The notes below the pieces were generated by a model, which saw nothing but the letters and a program-made list of their open reading frames with translations, was not told where the DNA came from and did no database searches. From Candidatus Fervidifonticultor sextus (lineage in GTDB: Bacteria > Sysuimicrobiota > Sysuimicrobiia > Sysuimicrobiales > Humicultoraceae), in assembly GCA_031459875.1 (NCBI GenBank), contig JAVKHQ010000013.1, positions 1 through 63,703 of the forward strand: a stretch of DNA of 63,703 nucleotides. The letters are read 5' to 3'. Position numbers and translations under genes: made by a program. How positions within the stretch are numbered: position 1 is the first letter of the stretch; each line of letters opens with the position of its first letter. Positions 45,478 through 57,915 of this stretch are shown one piece after another.

Positions 45478-46464
45478 ATGCAGCGGTTCCTGGCGCGGCG
45501 GCTGGTCCACGGGGTGATCATCCTGGTCGGCCTCTCCGTCCTCATGTTCACCCTGTTGGTCTTCACACCCGGCGACCCGGTGGAGTTGATTGCCGCCAGC
45601 AACCCCGACATCCGCCCGGAGGACGTCTCGGCCCTCCGCCGCTACTACGGCCTCGACGACCCCGTCTACGTCCGGTACTTCAAGTGGGCGCGCTCGGTGC
45701 TGAAGGGCGATCTGGGCTACTCGCGCACCTACGGGACCCCGGTGACCAAGATCATCGGGGAGCGACTGCGCAACACCCTGACCCTGCTGGCCACCTCGGT
45801 GGCCATTGCCTTCGCCGTCGGGGTCACCGTGGGGATCTACTCGGCTCTTCACCAGTACTCCGCCACGGACTACACCGTCACGGTCTTCGCCTTTGCCGGC
45901 CTGGCCATGCCGGTCTTCTGGCAGGGCATCGTGTTCATCCTGGTCTTCTCCATCTGGCTGCCGGGGCAGATCCCCTGGTTCCCCAAGTTTCCGGCCGGGG
46001 GCATGATGACGCCCGGCGTCGCCCCGGGCTGGCCCGCGTTCTGGGACCGGCTGTGGCACCTGGTCCTCCCGGTCTCCGTTCTGGCCACCAGCGGGATGGC
46101 CGCCTGGACGCGGTACATGCGCAGCAGCATGCTGGAGGTGATCCGGCAGGACTACGTCCGGACGGCCCGGGCCAAGGGAACCCCCGAGAAGTCCGTTATC
46201 AACCGCCACGCCCTGCGCAACGCCCTGATCCCCATCATTACCCTGATGGCGCTGTCCATTCCCGGCATCCTGAACGGCGCGGTGCTTACTGAGACGGTCT
46301 TCTCGTGGCCGGGCATGGGACTGTTGCTGTTCCAGGCGGTGCTGGGGCACGACTACAACGTGGCCATGGCGGTGCTCCTGTTCCTGGCGCTGATCACCGT
46401 GCTCTCGAATTTGATGGCCGACGTGGCCTACGCCGTCGCCGATCCACGGATCCGGTACGACTAG
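45478..46464 (+). CDS. OppB/DppB-type permease
   Basis: PGDP, YGLDDP, DYVRTARAKG, HALRNA, DPRIRY. Confidence 0.93.
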   Translation: MQRFLARRLVHGVIILVGLSVLMFTLLVFTPGDPVELIAASNPDIRPEDVSALRRYYGLDDPVYVRYFKWARSVLKGDLGYSRTYGTPVTKIIGERLRNTLTLLATSVAIAFAVGVTVGIYSALHQYSATDYTVTVFAFAGLAMPVFWQGIVFILVFSIWLPGQIPWFPKFPAGGMMTPGVAPGWPAFWDRLWHLVLPVSVLATSGMAAWTRYMRSSMLEVIRQDYVRTARAKGTPEKSVINRHALRNALIPIITLMALSIPGILNGAVLTETVFSWPGMGLLLFQAVLGHDYNVAMAVLLFLALITVLSNLMADVAYAVADPRIRYD

Positions 46465-46465
46465 C

Positions 46466-47416
46466 ATGGGAGCACCGGGAGGCCCATCCTTGGCTCAGTC
46501 GACGACCGCGCGCGAGTTTGCCCTGGACCTGGAGCGGCGGCGCAGAGAAGCTGCGGGCGTGGCGCTCGGGCAGTCGTACTGGCAGATCGCCTGGCGTCGG
46601 TTCCGCAGACACCGCCTGGCCATGATCGGCGGCACCGTGGCCCTCGCGTTGAGTCTCATGGCCCTGCTGGCGCCGTGGATCGCCCCCCACCCGTTCGACC
46701 GGATCGACCTGGGGCGACGGTGGACCCCTCCGGGCCTGGCCGGCAACTTTTTCGGCACCGACGAACTGGGCCGCGACGTCCTGACCCGCATCATGTATGC
46801 GGGACGGATCTCCCTGGTGGTGGGGTACGTCACCGCCGTCTCGGTCTCGGCCGTGGGCTCGCTGGTGGGGGCGCTGGCCGGCTTTTACGGGGGCTGGATC
46901 GACAGTGCGCTCATGCGGCTGGTGGACATGCTCATCGCCATCCCGACGCTCCCGCTGTACCTGATCATGTCCGCCCTGATCCCGGGCGGCGGCGTCGGCC
47001 GGATCGTCCTGATCTTCACCATCTTCGGATGGACCACGGTGGCGCGGCTGGTCCGGGGGCAGATCCTCTCCCTGAAGACCCAGGACTTCATCGAGGCCGG
47101 CCGGGCGATGGGCGCCTCCGAGGCCCGCCTCATCCTGCGCCACCTCATCCCCAACGCGCTGGCGCCCGTCATCGTGGCAGCCACGCTGACCGTGGGCGGC
47201 GCCATCCTCACGGAGTCGGGGTTGTCCTACCTGGGGCTGGGCATCCAGCCTCCCATCCCCTCCTGGGGGAACATGCTGCAGCGGGCGCAGGAGTACTTGT
47301 TGAAGGCGTCCTGGCTGGCGGTCTTCCCGGGCCTGTTCATCTTCATCACGGTCCTGTCGTTCAACTTCCTGGGCGATGGACTGCGCGACGCGCTGGATCC
47401 GCGGTTGAAGACATGA
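46466..47416 (+). CDS. OppC/DppC-type permease
   Basis: FGTDELGRD, DFIEAGRAMGA, RHLIPN, GDGLRDALDP. Confidence 0.93.
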   Translation: MGAPGGPSLAQSTTAREFALDLERRRREAAGVALGQSYWQIAWRRFRRHRLAMIGGTVALALSLMALLAPWIAPHPFDRIDLGRRWTPPGLAGNFFGTDELGRDVLTRIMYAGRISLVVGYVTAVSVSAVGSLVGALAGFYGGWIDSALMRLVDMLIAIPTLPLYLIMSALIPGGGVGRIVLIFTIFGWTTVARLVRGQILSLKTQDFIEAGRAMGASEARLILRHLIPNALAPVIVAATLTVGGAILTESGLSYLGLGIQPPIPSWGNMLQRAQEYLLKASWLAVFPGLFIFITVLSFNFLGDGLRDALDPRLKT

Positions 47417-47474
47417 GCACGCATCGGACAATGGGGCCAGACGAAGACCTCGTCCGACCAAAGGAGGGAGGGCA

Positions 47475-49136
47475 ATGCGAAACGCCCTGATCCGTGCCGT
47501 CTGGGCGGCGGCGTGTGCGGTGCTGGTGGCCGGGCTGGTTCCCCACTCCGGGGCGGCCCAGCCGCGGCGCGAGACCGTCGTGATCGGGATGGCCCAGGAA
47601 CCGGATATCCTCGGTCCGTTCTCGACGATGGCGGCCGCCGGGACGATCCACAACTCCCTGTTCGCCTTCTTCGCCCCGTTCAACGAGAAGTGGCAGCGGG
47701 TCCCCCTGCTGGTCGAGAAGCTGCCGACGTTGAAGGACGGCGACTGGGTGTTGCTGCCCAACAACAAGATGCGGGTAACCTGGAAGATCCGACGGGGCTT
47801 CACCTGGCACGACGGCCGGCCCGTGACCGCCCTGGACGCCCGCTTCTCCTACGGGATGCTGCGCAACCCGCGGACGCCGACGCTCACCCGGTTCATCCTC
47901 AACAAGGTGGACAACATTCTCGTCCCCAACCCGGCCGATCCGTACACCATGGTGGTCCAGTGGAACGAACGCTGGCCGTTTGCCAACTCGCTGCCGTACG
48001 GGTTTGAGTACCTGCTGCCCAGGCACGTCCTCGAACGACAGTACCTCCAGGATCCGGGCAGGCTGCGGGGCGATCCCTTCTTCAGGGCCCCGGTCGCCAA
48101 CGGCCCCTACCGGTTCAAGGAGTGGGTCCCCGGCAGCCACATCACCCTGGAAGCCTACGACCGCTGGCCGGGGGAGAAGCCCAGGATCAAGACCATCACC
48201 TTCCGGTTCATCCTCGATGCGGTGGTCCTGGCCGCCAACCAGATGGCCGGCAGCGTGGACGCCACCGAGATCAACAACTTCGGTATTGACCAGATGGTGG
48301 AGATCGAGCGGCGCAATCCCCACGTGGCGGCCCACTACACCGAGGCCCTGATCTGGGAGCGGATCGAGTTCAACAACGACGACGAGTGGCTGAAGGACAG
48401 GCGCGTGCGCTGGGCCATCGCGCACGCCATCGACCGCGAGACCATCGTTCGGACGCTGTTTCAGGGCAAGCAGCCGGTGGCGCATGCCTGGCTGCCGCCG
48501 CGGCATCCGGGGTCCAACCCCAACGTGAAGAAGTACGCCTATGACCCGGCCCGGGCCCGCGCGCTGCTCGCCGAGGCGGGGTTTACCATGGGGCCGGATG
48601 GGATCCTGCGCGATCCCCGGGGGCGGCGCTTCGAGATGACCTTCATGACCACGGCCGGCAACGCCCCGCGCGAGCAGACCCAGCAGATCATCAAGGAGCA
48701 GCTCAAGGCGGTCGGCATCGAGATTCGCATTGACAACCGCCCGGCGTCGGTGTTCTTCGGCACCATCGTCCCCCGGCGGCAGTTCCCCCACCTGGCCGAA
48801 TGGGCCACCCTCTACACGCCGGAGGTCATGCCCTTCACCGAGTTCCACAGCAGCCAGATCCCCAGCGCCGCCAACAACTGGGAGGGCTCCAACCGACGGG
48901 GCTGGCGGAATGCCGAGGTGGACCGGCTCGCCGAGCAGATCGGGCAGGAACTCGATGAGGCCAGGCGCGTGGAGATGATGCGGCGCCTGCAGGACATCTT
49001 CGTGGAGGAGCTGCCCGGCCTGCCCATGTACTTCCGGTTGAGCCTGACCACATCGGTCAAGGCGCTCAAGAACGTGAAGCCGACCGGGCTGGGCAGTTTC
49101 TACATCAACTGGAACTCGCACGAGTGGTCCTACTGA
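47475..49136 (+). CDS. Family-5 ABC substrate-binding protein 4 (paralog of SBP3 and SBP5)
   Basis: AAGGAGG RBS; colinear with SBP3 (PTLKDGDW, NPNVKKYAYDPARARALL, YINWN). Confidence 0.92.
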   Translation: MRNALIRAVWAAACAVLVAGLVPHSGAAQPRRETVVIGMAQEPDILGPFSTMAAAGTIHNSLFAFFAPFNEKWQRVPLLVEKLPTLKDGDWVLLPNNKMRVTWKIRRGFTWHDGRPVTALDARFSYGMLRNPRTPTLTRFILNKVDNILVPNPADPYTMVVQWNERWPFANSLPYGFEYLLPRHVLERQYLQDPGRLRGDPFFRAPVANGPYRFKEWVPGSHITLEAYDRWPGEKPRIKTITFRFILDAVVLAANQMAGSVDATEINNFGIDQMVEIERRNPHVAAHYTEALIWERIEFNNDDEWLKDRRVRWAIAHAIDRETIVRTLFQGKQPVAHAWLPPRHPGSNPNVKKYAYDPARARALLAEAGFTMGPDGILRDPRGRRFEMTFMTTAGNAPREQTQQIIKEQLKAVGIEIRIDNRPASVFFGTIVPRRQFPHLAEWATLYTPEVMPFTEFHSSQIPSAANNWEGSNRRGWRNAEVDRLAEQIGQELDEARRVEMMRRLQDIFVEELPGLPMYFRLSLTTSVKALKNVKPTGLGSFYINWNSHEWSY

Positions 49137-49186
49137 CGGCGGATCGGAGGAGACTGGCGGAGGCGCGTGAGGACAAAGGAGGCTAC

Positions 49187-50857
49187 ATGAATCCCATGAG
49201 GTTGCGGTGCATGCTGGCCGTCGTCGCCATCAGTCTGGCCCTGCCGGCGACCTCGCCCCCGGCGGAGGCCCAGCGCAGGGACACGGTGGTCATGGCCATG
49301 GCGCAGGAGCCCGACATCCTGGGGCCGATGGGGGTCATGGCGGCCGCCGGCGTCATCCACAACATCGTCTTCGGCGACATCGCCCCGTTCAACGAGAAGT
49401 GGCAGCGCATCCCGCTCATGGTGGAGAAGTTCCCCACCCTCAAGGACGGCGACTGGGAGGTGCTGCCCAACAACAAGATGCGGGTGACGTGGCGGTTGAA
49501 GCGCGGCTTCACCTGGCATGACGGGAAGCCGGTCACAGCACTGGACTGGCGGTTCACCTACGGCATGATGCGGAACCCGCAGGTGCCCAGCATCGCCCGG
49601 TTCGTCCTCAACAAGGTCGACAACATCCTGGTCCCGAACGTGAACGACCCGTACACCATGGTGGTCCAGTGGAACGAGCGCTGGCCGTTCGCCGGCCGCC
49701 AGCCGTTCGGCCAGCACTACGTGCTGCCCCGCCACCTCCTGGAGCGGCCGTATCTGGCCAACCCGGCCCAGTTGAAGGCGCACCCCTTCTGGCGGCTGCC
49801 CGTGGGCGCCGGGCCCTACCGGATGACCGAGTGGGTGCCCGGCAGCCACATGTCGTTCGAGGCCTACGACAAGTACGCCGCAGGCGCCCCCGCCATCAAG
49901 AAGATCACCGTGCGCTTCATCCTGGACAGCACGGTACTGCAGGCCAACGTCATCTCGGGTGGCGTCGATGCCACCGACATCAACAACTTCAGCTGCCTGC
50001 AGATGGAGCAGATCGCGCAGCGCAACCCGCGGGTGGAGGCCCACCACCGGGAGGCCATGGTCTGGGAGCGCATCGACTTCAACCACGACGACGTCTGGCT
50101 GAAGGACAAGCGCGTCCGGCAGGCCATCGCCTATGCGCTGGACCGGAAGGCCATCGCCGAGGTCTCCTGTGCCGGCGGCCGGCAACCGGTGGCGCACTCC
50201 TGGCTGGCCCCGGGCCATCCGGCGGCGAACCCCAACGTCAAGAAGTACGACTACGATCCGGCCCGGGCCCGCGCCCTGCTGGGGGAGGCGGGGTTTCGGC
50301 CGGGGCCCGACGGCATTCTGCGGGACAGCGCGGGACGGCGGGTCGAGATGGTGATCTCGACCACGGCCGGGAACTCCATCCGGGAGCAGATCCAGCAGAT
50401 CATCAAGGAGCAACTCCGGCAGGTGGGCATCGAGGTCCGCATCGAGAACCGGCCGGCGTCCGTCTTCTTCGGCACCTACACGACCCGGCGGCAGTTCCCG
50501 CACATGGCCATGTATGCCAGCCTCTTCACCCCCGAGTCGGTGCCGTCCGACCGGTTCCACAGCCGGGACATCCCGTCAGCGGCCAACGCGTGGTCGGGCA
50601 ACAACCGCGTGGGGTGGCGCAACCCCGAGAACGACCAGCTCTGGGACCAGATCGTCTCCGAGCTGGACGTGGAGAAGCGGACGGCGCTCTTGAAGAAGCA
50701 GCAGGAAATCTTCGCGGAGGACCTGCCCAGCCTGCCCCTCTACTTCCGGCTGGACCTGACGACTTACCCCAAGATCATGCGCAACGTAAAGCCGGTGGGC
50801 CTGGGCTCCTACTACCTCCCCTGGAACGTCTGGCAGTGGAGGTGGGGGGATCAATAG
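49187..50857 (+). CDS. Family-5 ABC substrate-binding protein 5
   Basis: AAAGGAGG RBS; colinear with SBP3 and SBP4. Confidence 0.92.
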   Translation: MNPMRLRCMLAVVAISLALPATSPPAEAQRRDTVVMAMAQEPDILGPMGVMAAAGVIHNIVFGDIAPFNEKWQRIPLMVEKFPTLKDGDWEVLPNNKMRVTWRLKRGFTWHDGKPVTALDWRFTYGMMRNPQVPSIARFVLNKVDNILVPNVNDPYTMVVQWNERWPFAGRQPFGQHYVLPRHLLERPYLANPAQLKAHPFWRLPVGAGPYRMTEWVPGSHMSFEAYDKYAAGAPAIKKITVRFILDSTVLQANVISGGVDATDINNFSCLQMEQIAQRNPRVEAHHREAMVWERIDFNHDDVWLKDKRVRQAIAYALDRKAIAEVSCAGGRQPVAHSWLAPGHPAANPNVKKYDYDPARARALLGEAGFRPGPDGILRDSAGRRVEMVISTTAGNSIREQIQQIIKEQLRQVGIEVRIENRPASVFFGTYTTRRQFPHMAMYASLFTPESVPSDRFHSRDIPSAANAWSGNNRVGWRNPENDQLWDQIVSELDVEKRTALLKKQQEIFAEDLPSLPLYFRLDLTTYPKIMRNVKPVGLGSYYLPWNVWQWRWGDQ

Positions 50858-50928
50858 GGGCCGGCAGGTCGGAGGATTGGCCGCAGGCGCGGAGAAGTTT
50901 GAGGGAAGGTTTCAGCGAGGTGAGTCGC

Positions 50929-51969
<1,041 letters not shown>

Positions 51970-51979
51970 GAGGAGTGCC

Positions 51980-53017
<1,038 letters not shown>

Positions 53018-53118
53018 CGCCGCGAGACGGCTGATCCGGGCGGCGCTGGGCTCCACCCGGCGCCGCGCGTGTTTCGACCCGGCCCGTTTCCCGCGGGCGC
53101 GGGGTGGGGGAGGAGATC

Positions 53119-53412
53119 GTGGCGATTGATCCGGCGGCCGTCGACCACGTGGCGCGGCTGGCGCGCCTGGCGCTCACCGATGAGGAGCGGGTGCGGTTCG
53201 CCGAACAACTGGCCCGGATCCTGGAGTACTGCCGGCTGCTGGACGCGCAGCCGATCGAGGGCGTCCCCGCCACCTCCCACGTGCTCCCCATGACCAACGT
53301 GTTGCGCCCCGACGTCGTCACCCCGTCGCTGGACCGCGAGGAGGTCCTGGCCCAGGCCCCGGCCCACGAGCAGGGCTTCTTCAAGGTCCCGCGGGTGTTC
53401 GAGGCCGACTAG
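53119..53412 (+). CDS. gatC: Asp/Glu-tRNA amidotransferase subunit C
   Basis: [31 protein letters not shown]. Confidence 0.95.
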   Translation: MAIDPAAVDHVARLARLALTDEERVRFAEQLARILEYCRLLDAQPIEGVPATSHVLPMTNVLRPDVVTPSLDREEVLAQAPAHEQGFFKVPRVFEAD

Positions 53413-53420
53413 GGCATCCC

Positions 53421-54914
53421 GTGGTCCTGCCGCCCTCCGGCCAGACCGCGCGCGCCCTCCGCCGCGCCTACGCTGATGGGATGCTCCGCCCGTCCGCAGT
53501 CGTTGACGCCGCGCTCGACCGCATCGCGCGCACCGACGGCGACCTCCGCGCCTTCCTCTACGTGGACGCCGCGCGGGCGCGCGAGCAGGCCCTGGCCTGG
53601 GACCGCCACTATGCGGAAGCCGGACCGGCCGACGGGCTGCCGCCCCTGGCCGGCATCCCCGTGGCCCTCAAGGACAACCTGTGCACGCGCGGGATGCCGA
53701 CCACCTGCGGGTCGCGGATCCTCGAGGGGTGGCATCCGCCGTACGACGCGACGGTGGTGGCGAGGCTGCGGGACGCCGGGGCCATCGTCCTGGGCAAGAC
53801 CAACATGGACGAGTTCGCCATGGGCTCGTCCACCGAGAACTCCGCCTTCGGGCCGACGCGCAACCCCTGGGACCACACCCGCGTGCCCGGCGGCTCCAGC
53901 GGCGGGTCGGCGGCGGCCGTGGCGGCCGGCTTCGCGCCGCTGGCACTGGGCTCGGACACCGGCGGCTCGGTCCGGCTCCCGGCGGCGTTCTGCGGCGTGG
54001 TGGGCTTAAAGCCCACCTACGGCCGCGTGTCGCGCTACGGCCTCGTGGCCTTCGCCTCCTCCCTGGACCAGATCGGTCCGCTGGCGCGCGACGCGGCCGA
54101 CTGCGCGCTGCTCCTGCAGGTGATCGCCGGGCACGATCCCCTCGACTCGACCTCCGCGGACCTGCCGGTGCCCGACTACGCGGCCGACCTGGACCGGCCG
54201 CCCGAGGGGATCCGCCTGGGCGTGCCCGCCGAGGCCTTCGGGGCCGGCGTGGACCCCGCGGTGGCAGGGGCTCTGCGGGAGGCGCTGGAGGTCCTTGCGG
54301 GGCTCGGCCTGCCGGTCGAGCAGATCACGCTGCCGACCATCGACGCCGCCCTGCCGGCCTACTACCTCCTCGCCCCGGCCGAGGCCTCGTCGAACTTGGC
54401 CCGCTACGACGGCGTGCAGTACGGGCTGCGGGCGCCATCCGACGACCTCTACGGCATGTACGCCCACACCCGGCGGGCCGGCTTCGGCGCCGAGGTGAAG
54501 CGGCGCATCATGCTGGGGACCTACGCGCTGTCGGCCGGCTACTACGAGGCCTACTACATCAAGGCCCAGAAGGTCCGGACGCTGGTCGCGCGCGACTTCC
54601 AGCGGGCCTTCGAGCAGGTGGACATGGTGGTGATGCCGGTCGCGCCGACCCCGCCGTTTGGCCTCGGGGAGAAAGTGGACGATCCCCTGCAGATGTACCT
54701 CTCGGACATCTTCACGATTCCGGTCAACCTGGCCGGGTTGCCCGCGCTGGCGCTCCCCTGCGGGTTCGACCGCGGGCTGCCCATCGGGCTCCAGCTGATC
54801 GGCCGGGCGTTCGGCGAACCAACGCTCCTGCGCGTGGGCCACGCCTACCAGCAGGTAACCGCCTGGCACCTGCGGCACCCGCCCGGGGCGCCGGTCGGCC
54901 AGGTGGGCGGATAG
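53421..54914 (+). CDS. gatA: Asp/Glu-tRNA amidotransferase subunit A
   Basis: [46 protein letters not shown]. Confidence 0.97.
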   Translation: MVLPPSGQTARALRRAYADGMLRPSAVVDAALDRIARTDGDLRAFLYVDAARAREQALAWDRHYAEAGPADGLPPLAGIPVALKDNLCTRGMPTTCGSRILEGWHPPYDATVVARLRDAGAIVLGKTNMDEFAMGSSTENSAFGPTRNPWDHTRVPGGSSGGSAAAVAAGFAPLALGSDTGGSVRLPAAFCGVVGLKPTYGRVSRYGLVAFASSLDQIGPLARDAADCALLLQVIAGHDPLDSTSADLPVPDYAADLDRPPEGIRLGVPAEAFGAGVDPAVAGALREALEVLAGLGLPVEQITLPTIDAALPAYYLLAPAEASSNLARYDGVQYGLRAPSDDLYGMYAHTRRAGFGAEVKRRIMLGTYALSAGYYEAYYIKAQKVRTLVARDFQRAFEQVDMVVMPVAPTPPFGLGEKVDDPLQMYLSDIFTIPVNLAGLPALALPCGFDRGLPIGLQLIGRAFGEPTLLRVGHAYQQVTAWHLRHPPGAPVGQVGG

Positions 54915-54935
54915 GCGGGAGGAGCAGGGACGATC

Positions 54936-56402
54936 ATGGCCAGGGAGACCGCGGTCCGCTACGAGACGGTCATCGGCCTGGAGATCCACGTGCAGCTCCT
55001 GACCGCCTCCAAGATGTTCTGCGGGTGTGCGACCACCTTCGGCGCTCCGCCCAATACCCTGGTCTGTCCCGTCTGCCTGGGGCTGCCGGGCGCGCTGCCG
55101 GTCATCAACCGGCACGCGGTGGACCTGGGGCTGCGCACGGCTCTGGCGCTGGGGTGCACCGTCCACCGGCGCAGCCAGTTTCACCGGAAGAACTACTATT
55201 ATCCAGACCTGCCCAAGAACTACCAGATCTCCCAGTACCAGTACGCCGACCACCCGCCACTGGCCACCGGCGGCGTGCTCGAGATCGCCTCGGGCGGGCA
55301 GCGTCGCCCCATCCGCATCCGGCGCGTCCACCTGGAAGAGGACACCGGCCGACTGGTCCACCCTGAGACCGGCGGCGGGTACAGCCTGGTGGACTACAAC
55401 CGCTCCGGCGTGCCGCTCATGGAGGTCGTCACCGAGCCCGACCTGCGCTCGCCCGCGGAGGCCCGGGAGTTCCTGCTGGCGCTGCGCCGCCTGCTGCAGT
55501 TCGCCGAAGTCAGCACCGGACGCATGGAGGAAGGGACGCTGCGCTGTGATGCCAACGTCTCGCTGCAGGTCCCCGGCGGCCCGCGCGGGATCCGGTCGGA
55601 GGTGAAGAACATGAACTCGATCCGGTCGGTGGAGCGGGCGCTGGCCTTCGAGGTGGCCCGGCAGGCCGACCTGCTGGCGCGCGGCGAGGCGGTCGTCCAG
55701 GAGACGCGTCACTGGGACGAGCGGCGGGGCCTGACCTTCGGCTCGCGGTCCAAGGAGGAGGCGCAGGACTACCGGTACTTCCCGGAGCCCGACCTGGTGC
55801 CCCTCGAGGTGGACGACGCCTGGCTGGACCGCATCAGGGCCTCCCTCCCGGAACTGCCCGCAGCACGGCGCGACCGGTTCGTGGCCGCCTTCGGGCTGTC
55901 GCCGTACGATGCCGATCTGTTGACGGCCTCGCCCGCCATGGCCCGGTTCTTCGAGGAGACGGTGGGCCTGTTCCCACATCCGAAGACCGTGGCCAACTGG
56001 CTGGTCGGCGAGGTGACCGCCTACCTCAACGAGCACGACGTCGAGATCGACCAGGTGGCGCTGCGCCCGTCGAGGCTGGCGGCCCTGCTGCGGCTGATCG
56101 AGGACGGTACCATCAGCGGCCGGCTCGCCAAGGAGATCCTGGTGGAGATGATCGCGCAGGACCGGGACCCCTCGGCCATCATCGAGGCCCGGGGCCTGAC
56201 GCAGATCCGCGACGAGGAGTTCCTCCGCCGCGTTGTCGATGAGGTCATTGCGGCGCATCCCGGTCCGGTCGCCGACGTGCGGGCCGGCAAGGGGAAGGCC
56301 CTGGGCTTCCTGGTCGGACAGGTCATGCGCGCCACCGGCGGCCGTGCCAATCCTGAGGCGGTCAACCGCCTGCTGCGAGAGCGCCTGGGGGAAGGACGGT
56401 GA
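54936..56402 (+). CDS. gatB: Asp/Glu-tRNA amidotransferase subunit B
   Basis: VIGLEIHVQL, YPDLPKNYQISQ, HLEEDTG, DYRYFPEPDL. Confidence 0.97.
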   Translation: MARETAVRYETVIGLEIHVQLLTASKMFCGCATTFGAPPNTLVCPVCLGLPGALPVINRHAVDLGLRTALALGCTVHRRSQFHRKNYYYPDLPKNYQISQYQYADHPPLATGGVLEIASGGQRRPIRIRRVHLEEDTGRLVHPETGGGYSLVDYNRSGVPLMEVVTEPDLRSPAEAREFLLALRRLLQFAEVSTGRMEEGTLRCDANVSLQVPGGPRGIRSEVKNMNSIRSVERALAFEVARQADLLARGEAVVQETRHWDERRGLTFGSRSKEEAQDYRYFPEPDLVPLEVDDAWLDRIRASLPELPAARRDRFVAAFGLSPYDADLLTASPAMARFFEETVGLFPHPKTVANWLVGEVTAYLNEHDVEIDQVALRPSRLAALLRLIEDGTISGRLAKEILVEMIAQDRDPSAIIEARGLTQIRDEEFLRRVVDEVIAAHPGPVADVRAGKGKALGFLVGQVMRATGGRANPEAVNRLLRERLGEGR

Positions 56403-57853
56403 CCACCCCACCGGTGCGTGCTCCCCGCCCTCGGATCCGCCGGCTGGTGCCGGGCAGGCAGCCGCCGACGCGCCATCCCCGGCGCGGGGGCGTGGGGACG
56501 GTGAGCGTGGGCGAGCGCCTGACCGCACACTTCACGGGGGTCGACCCCGCCGGCGCGGCCATCGCCCGGTTGGGCGCGGTCACCCTGCGCGTCCCGTTCG
56601 GCGTGCCGGGCGAGGACGCGGTCGTGGACGTCGTAAAGGGCGGGCGGCGGGCCGAAGGGCGCCTGGTCGCCTTGCTCCGGAAGTCACCCGATGTGATCGG
56701 GGCCCGCTGCCGGCACTTCGGCCGTTGCGGCGGCTGCCAGTGGCAGCACCTCTCGCTGGAGGCCCAGCGCCGGCTCAAGACGCGGCTGGCCAAAGACTAC
56801 CTGAAGGAGCACGCCGAGGTCCGCCGCGATCTCGTGGCCGAGGCCACCGGCGACGAGGGATGGGCGTACCGCAATACGATCCGGGCGGTCTTCGCCGAGC
56901 GCGACGGGGTGGCCATCGCCGGCTACCACGCCGGGGGATCGAGCCGCGTCCTGGACATCGTCGAGTGTCCGGTCCAGCACCCGACCAACGAAGCAATCCT
57001 GCGCGCCGCCCGCCACGCGGTGCGGACCCTCCGCCTGCCGGTCTACGATCGCTCCACCGGCACCGGTCTGGTCCGCGGCGTGCTGGGCCTCACCTCGTTT
57101 GCCACCGGCCAGGCTCTCCTCACGCTCTCTTCGGTCGCGCCGCTTTCGGATCCCACCGCGCTGGTTCTCGCGCTGATCGATCAGGTGCCCGGGCTCGTGG
57201 GAATCCTGCACACCGTCTCCCCCCGGCGGGCGGTCGACCTGCTGGGCCCCAGGCTGCGCCTGCTGTGGGGGCGCGACCACATCGAGGAGGAGATCGCCGG
57301 GTTCCGCGTGCGCCTGCGGCCGACCACTGAACTGCCTGCCAACCCGCGGGCCATACAGCTGCTGGTCGACGCCGTCGTGCGCGCCGCCGCGCTGCGCTCC
57401 GACGAGACCGCCGCCGACCTGGCCGCCGCCACGCCCGTGGTGACCTTCGCGCTGGCGCAGGTCGCGGCCAGCGCCGTCGGCGTCGTCCCGAGCCGCCGGG
57501 TCCTCACCGACGCCTGGGAGGCGGCCGGATGGAACGGGGTCGGCAATGCGAGCTTCACGCCACGGCGAAGCCCCGCGGCGCTGCTGATGATGGTCGGGCC
57601 CCGCAGGCCAGACGTCGTGGTCGTGCAGGCCGAGGGCCCAGGGCTCGACCCGGCCCTCATCGGCGCGGTGGAGGCCGCGGGGATCCCCCGCGCGGTCTAC
57701 CTGGCCCGATCCCTCCCGGTGTGCGCCCGGGATCTGGCCCTGTGGCGCGGGGCAGGGTACGCGGTCGCCTCCGTCCAGCCGGTGGACCTGCTGCCGCAGA
57801 CCAGCCACCTGCACCTGGTAGTGGCCCTGCATCGCCGCCGGCCTTCGGCGTAG
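56399..57853 (+). CDS. RlmD/RlmCD (TrmA family)-like protein with degenerate methyltransferase motifs
   Basis: TRAM-like N-terminus, CRHFGRCGGCQWQH, YRN, ARDL, QPVD..PQT.H; SAM and catalytic residues are substituted. Confidence 0.85.
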   Translation: MTTPPVRAPRPRIRRLVPGRQPPTRHPRRGGVGTVSVGERLTAHFTGVDPAGAAIARLGAVTLRVPFGVPGEDAVVDVVKGGRRAEGRLVALLRKSPDVIGARCRHFGRCGGCQWQHLSLEAQRRLKTRLAKDYLKEHAEVRRDLVAEATGDEGWAYRNTIRAVFAERDGVAIAGYHAGGSSRVLDIVECPVQHPTNEAILRAARHAVRTLRLPVYDRSTGTGLVRGVLGLTSFATGQALLTLSSVAPLSDPTALVLALIDQVPGLVGILHTVSPRRAVDLLGPRLRLLWGRDHIEEEIAGFRVRLRPTTELPANPRAIQLLVDAVVRAAALRSDETAADLAAATPVVTFALAQVAASAVGVVPSRRVLTDAWEAAGWNGVGNASFTPRRSPAALLMMVGPRRPDVVVVQAEGPGLDPALIGAVEAAGIPRAVYLARSLPVCARDLALWRGAGYAVASVQPVDLLPQTSHLHLVVALHRRRPSA

Positions 57854-57894
57854 TCGCCGACGCGCCCGAGTCCTGCGGCTGTCCGCTCCGCCTG

Positions 57895-57903
57895 TGCTAC
57901 AAT
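57895..57903 (+). promoter_or_regulatory. Extended -10 promoter upstream of dnaE
   Basis: TGCTACAAT, 12 nt before the ATG; no SD. Confidence 0.6.
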
Positions 57904-57915
57904 GCCCCTGAGCCC

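Noticed and set aside
53018..53105. T-box or ncRNA upstream of gatC
   Set aside because: Too short, no T-box sequence; only a GC hairpin (about 53040-53068), likely a terminator or stability element
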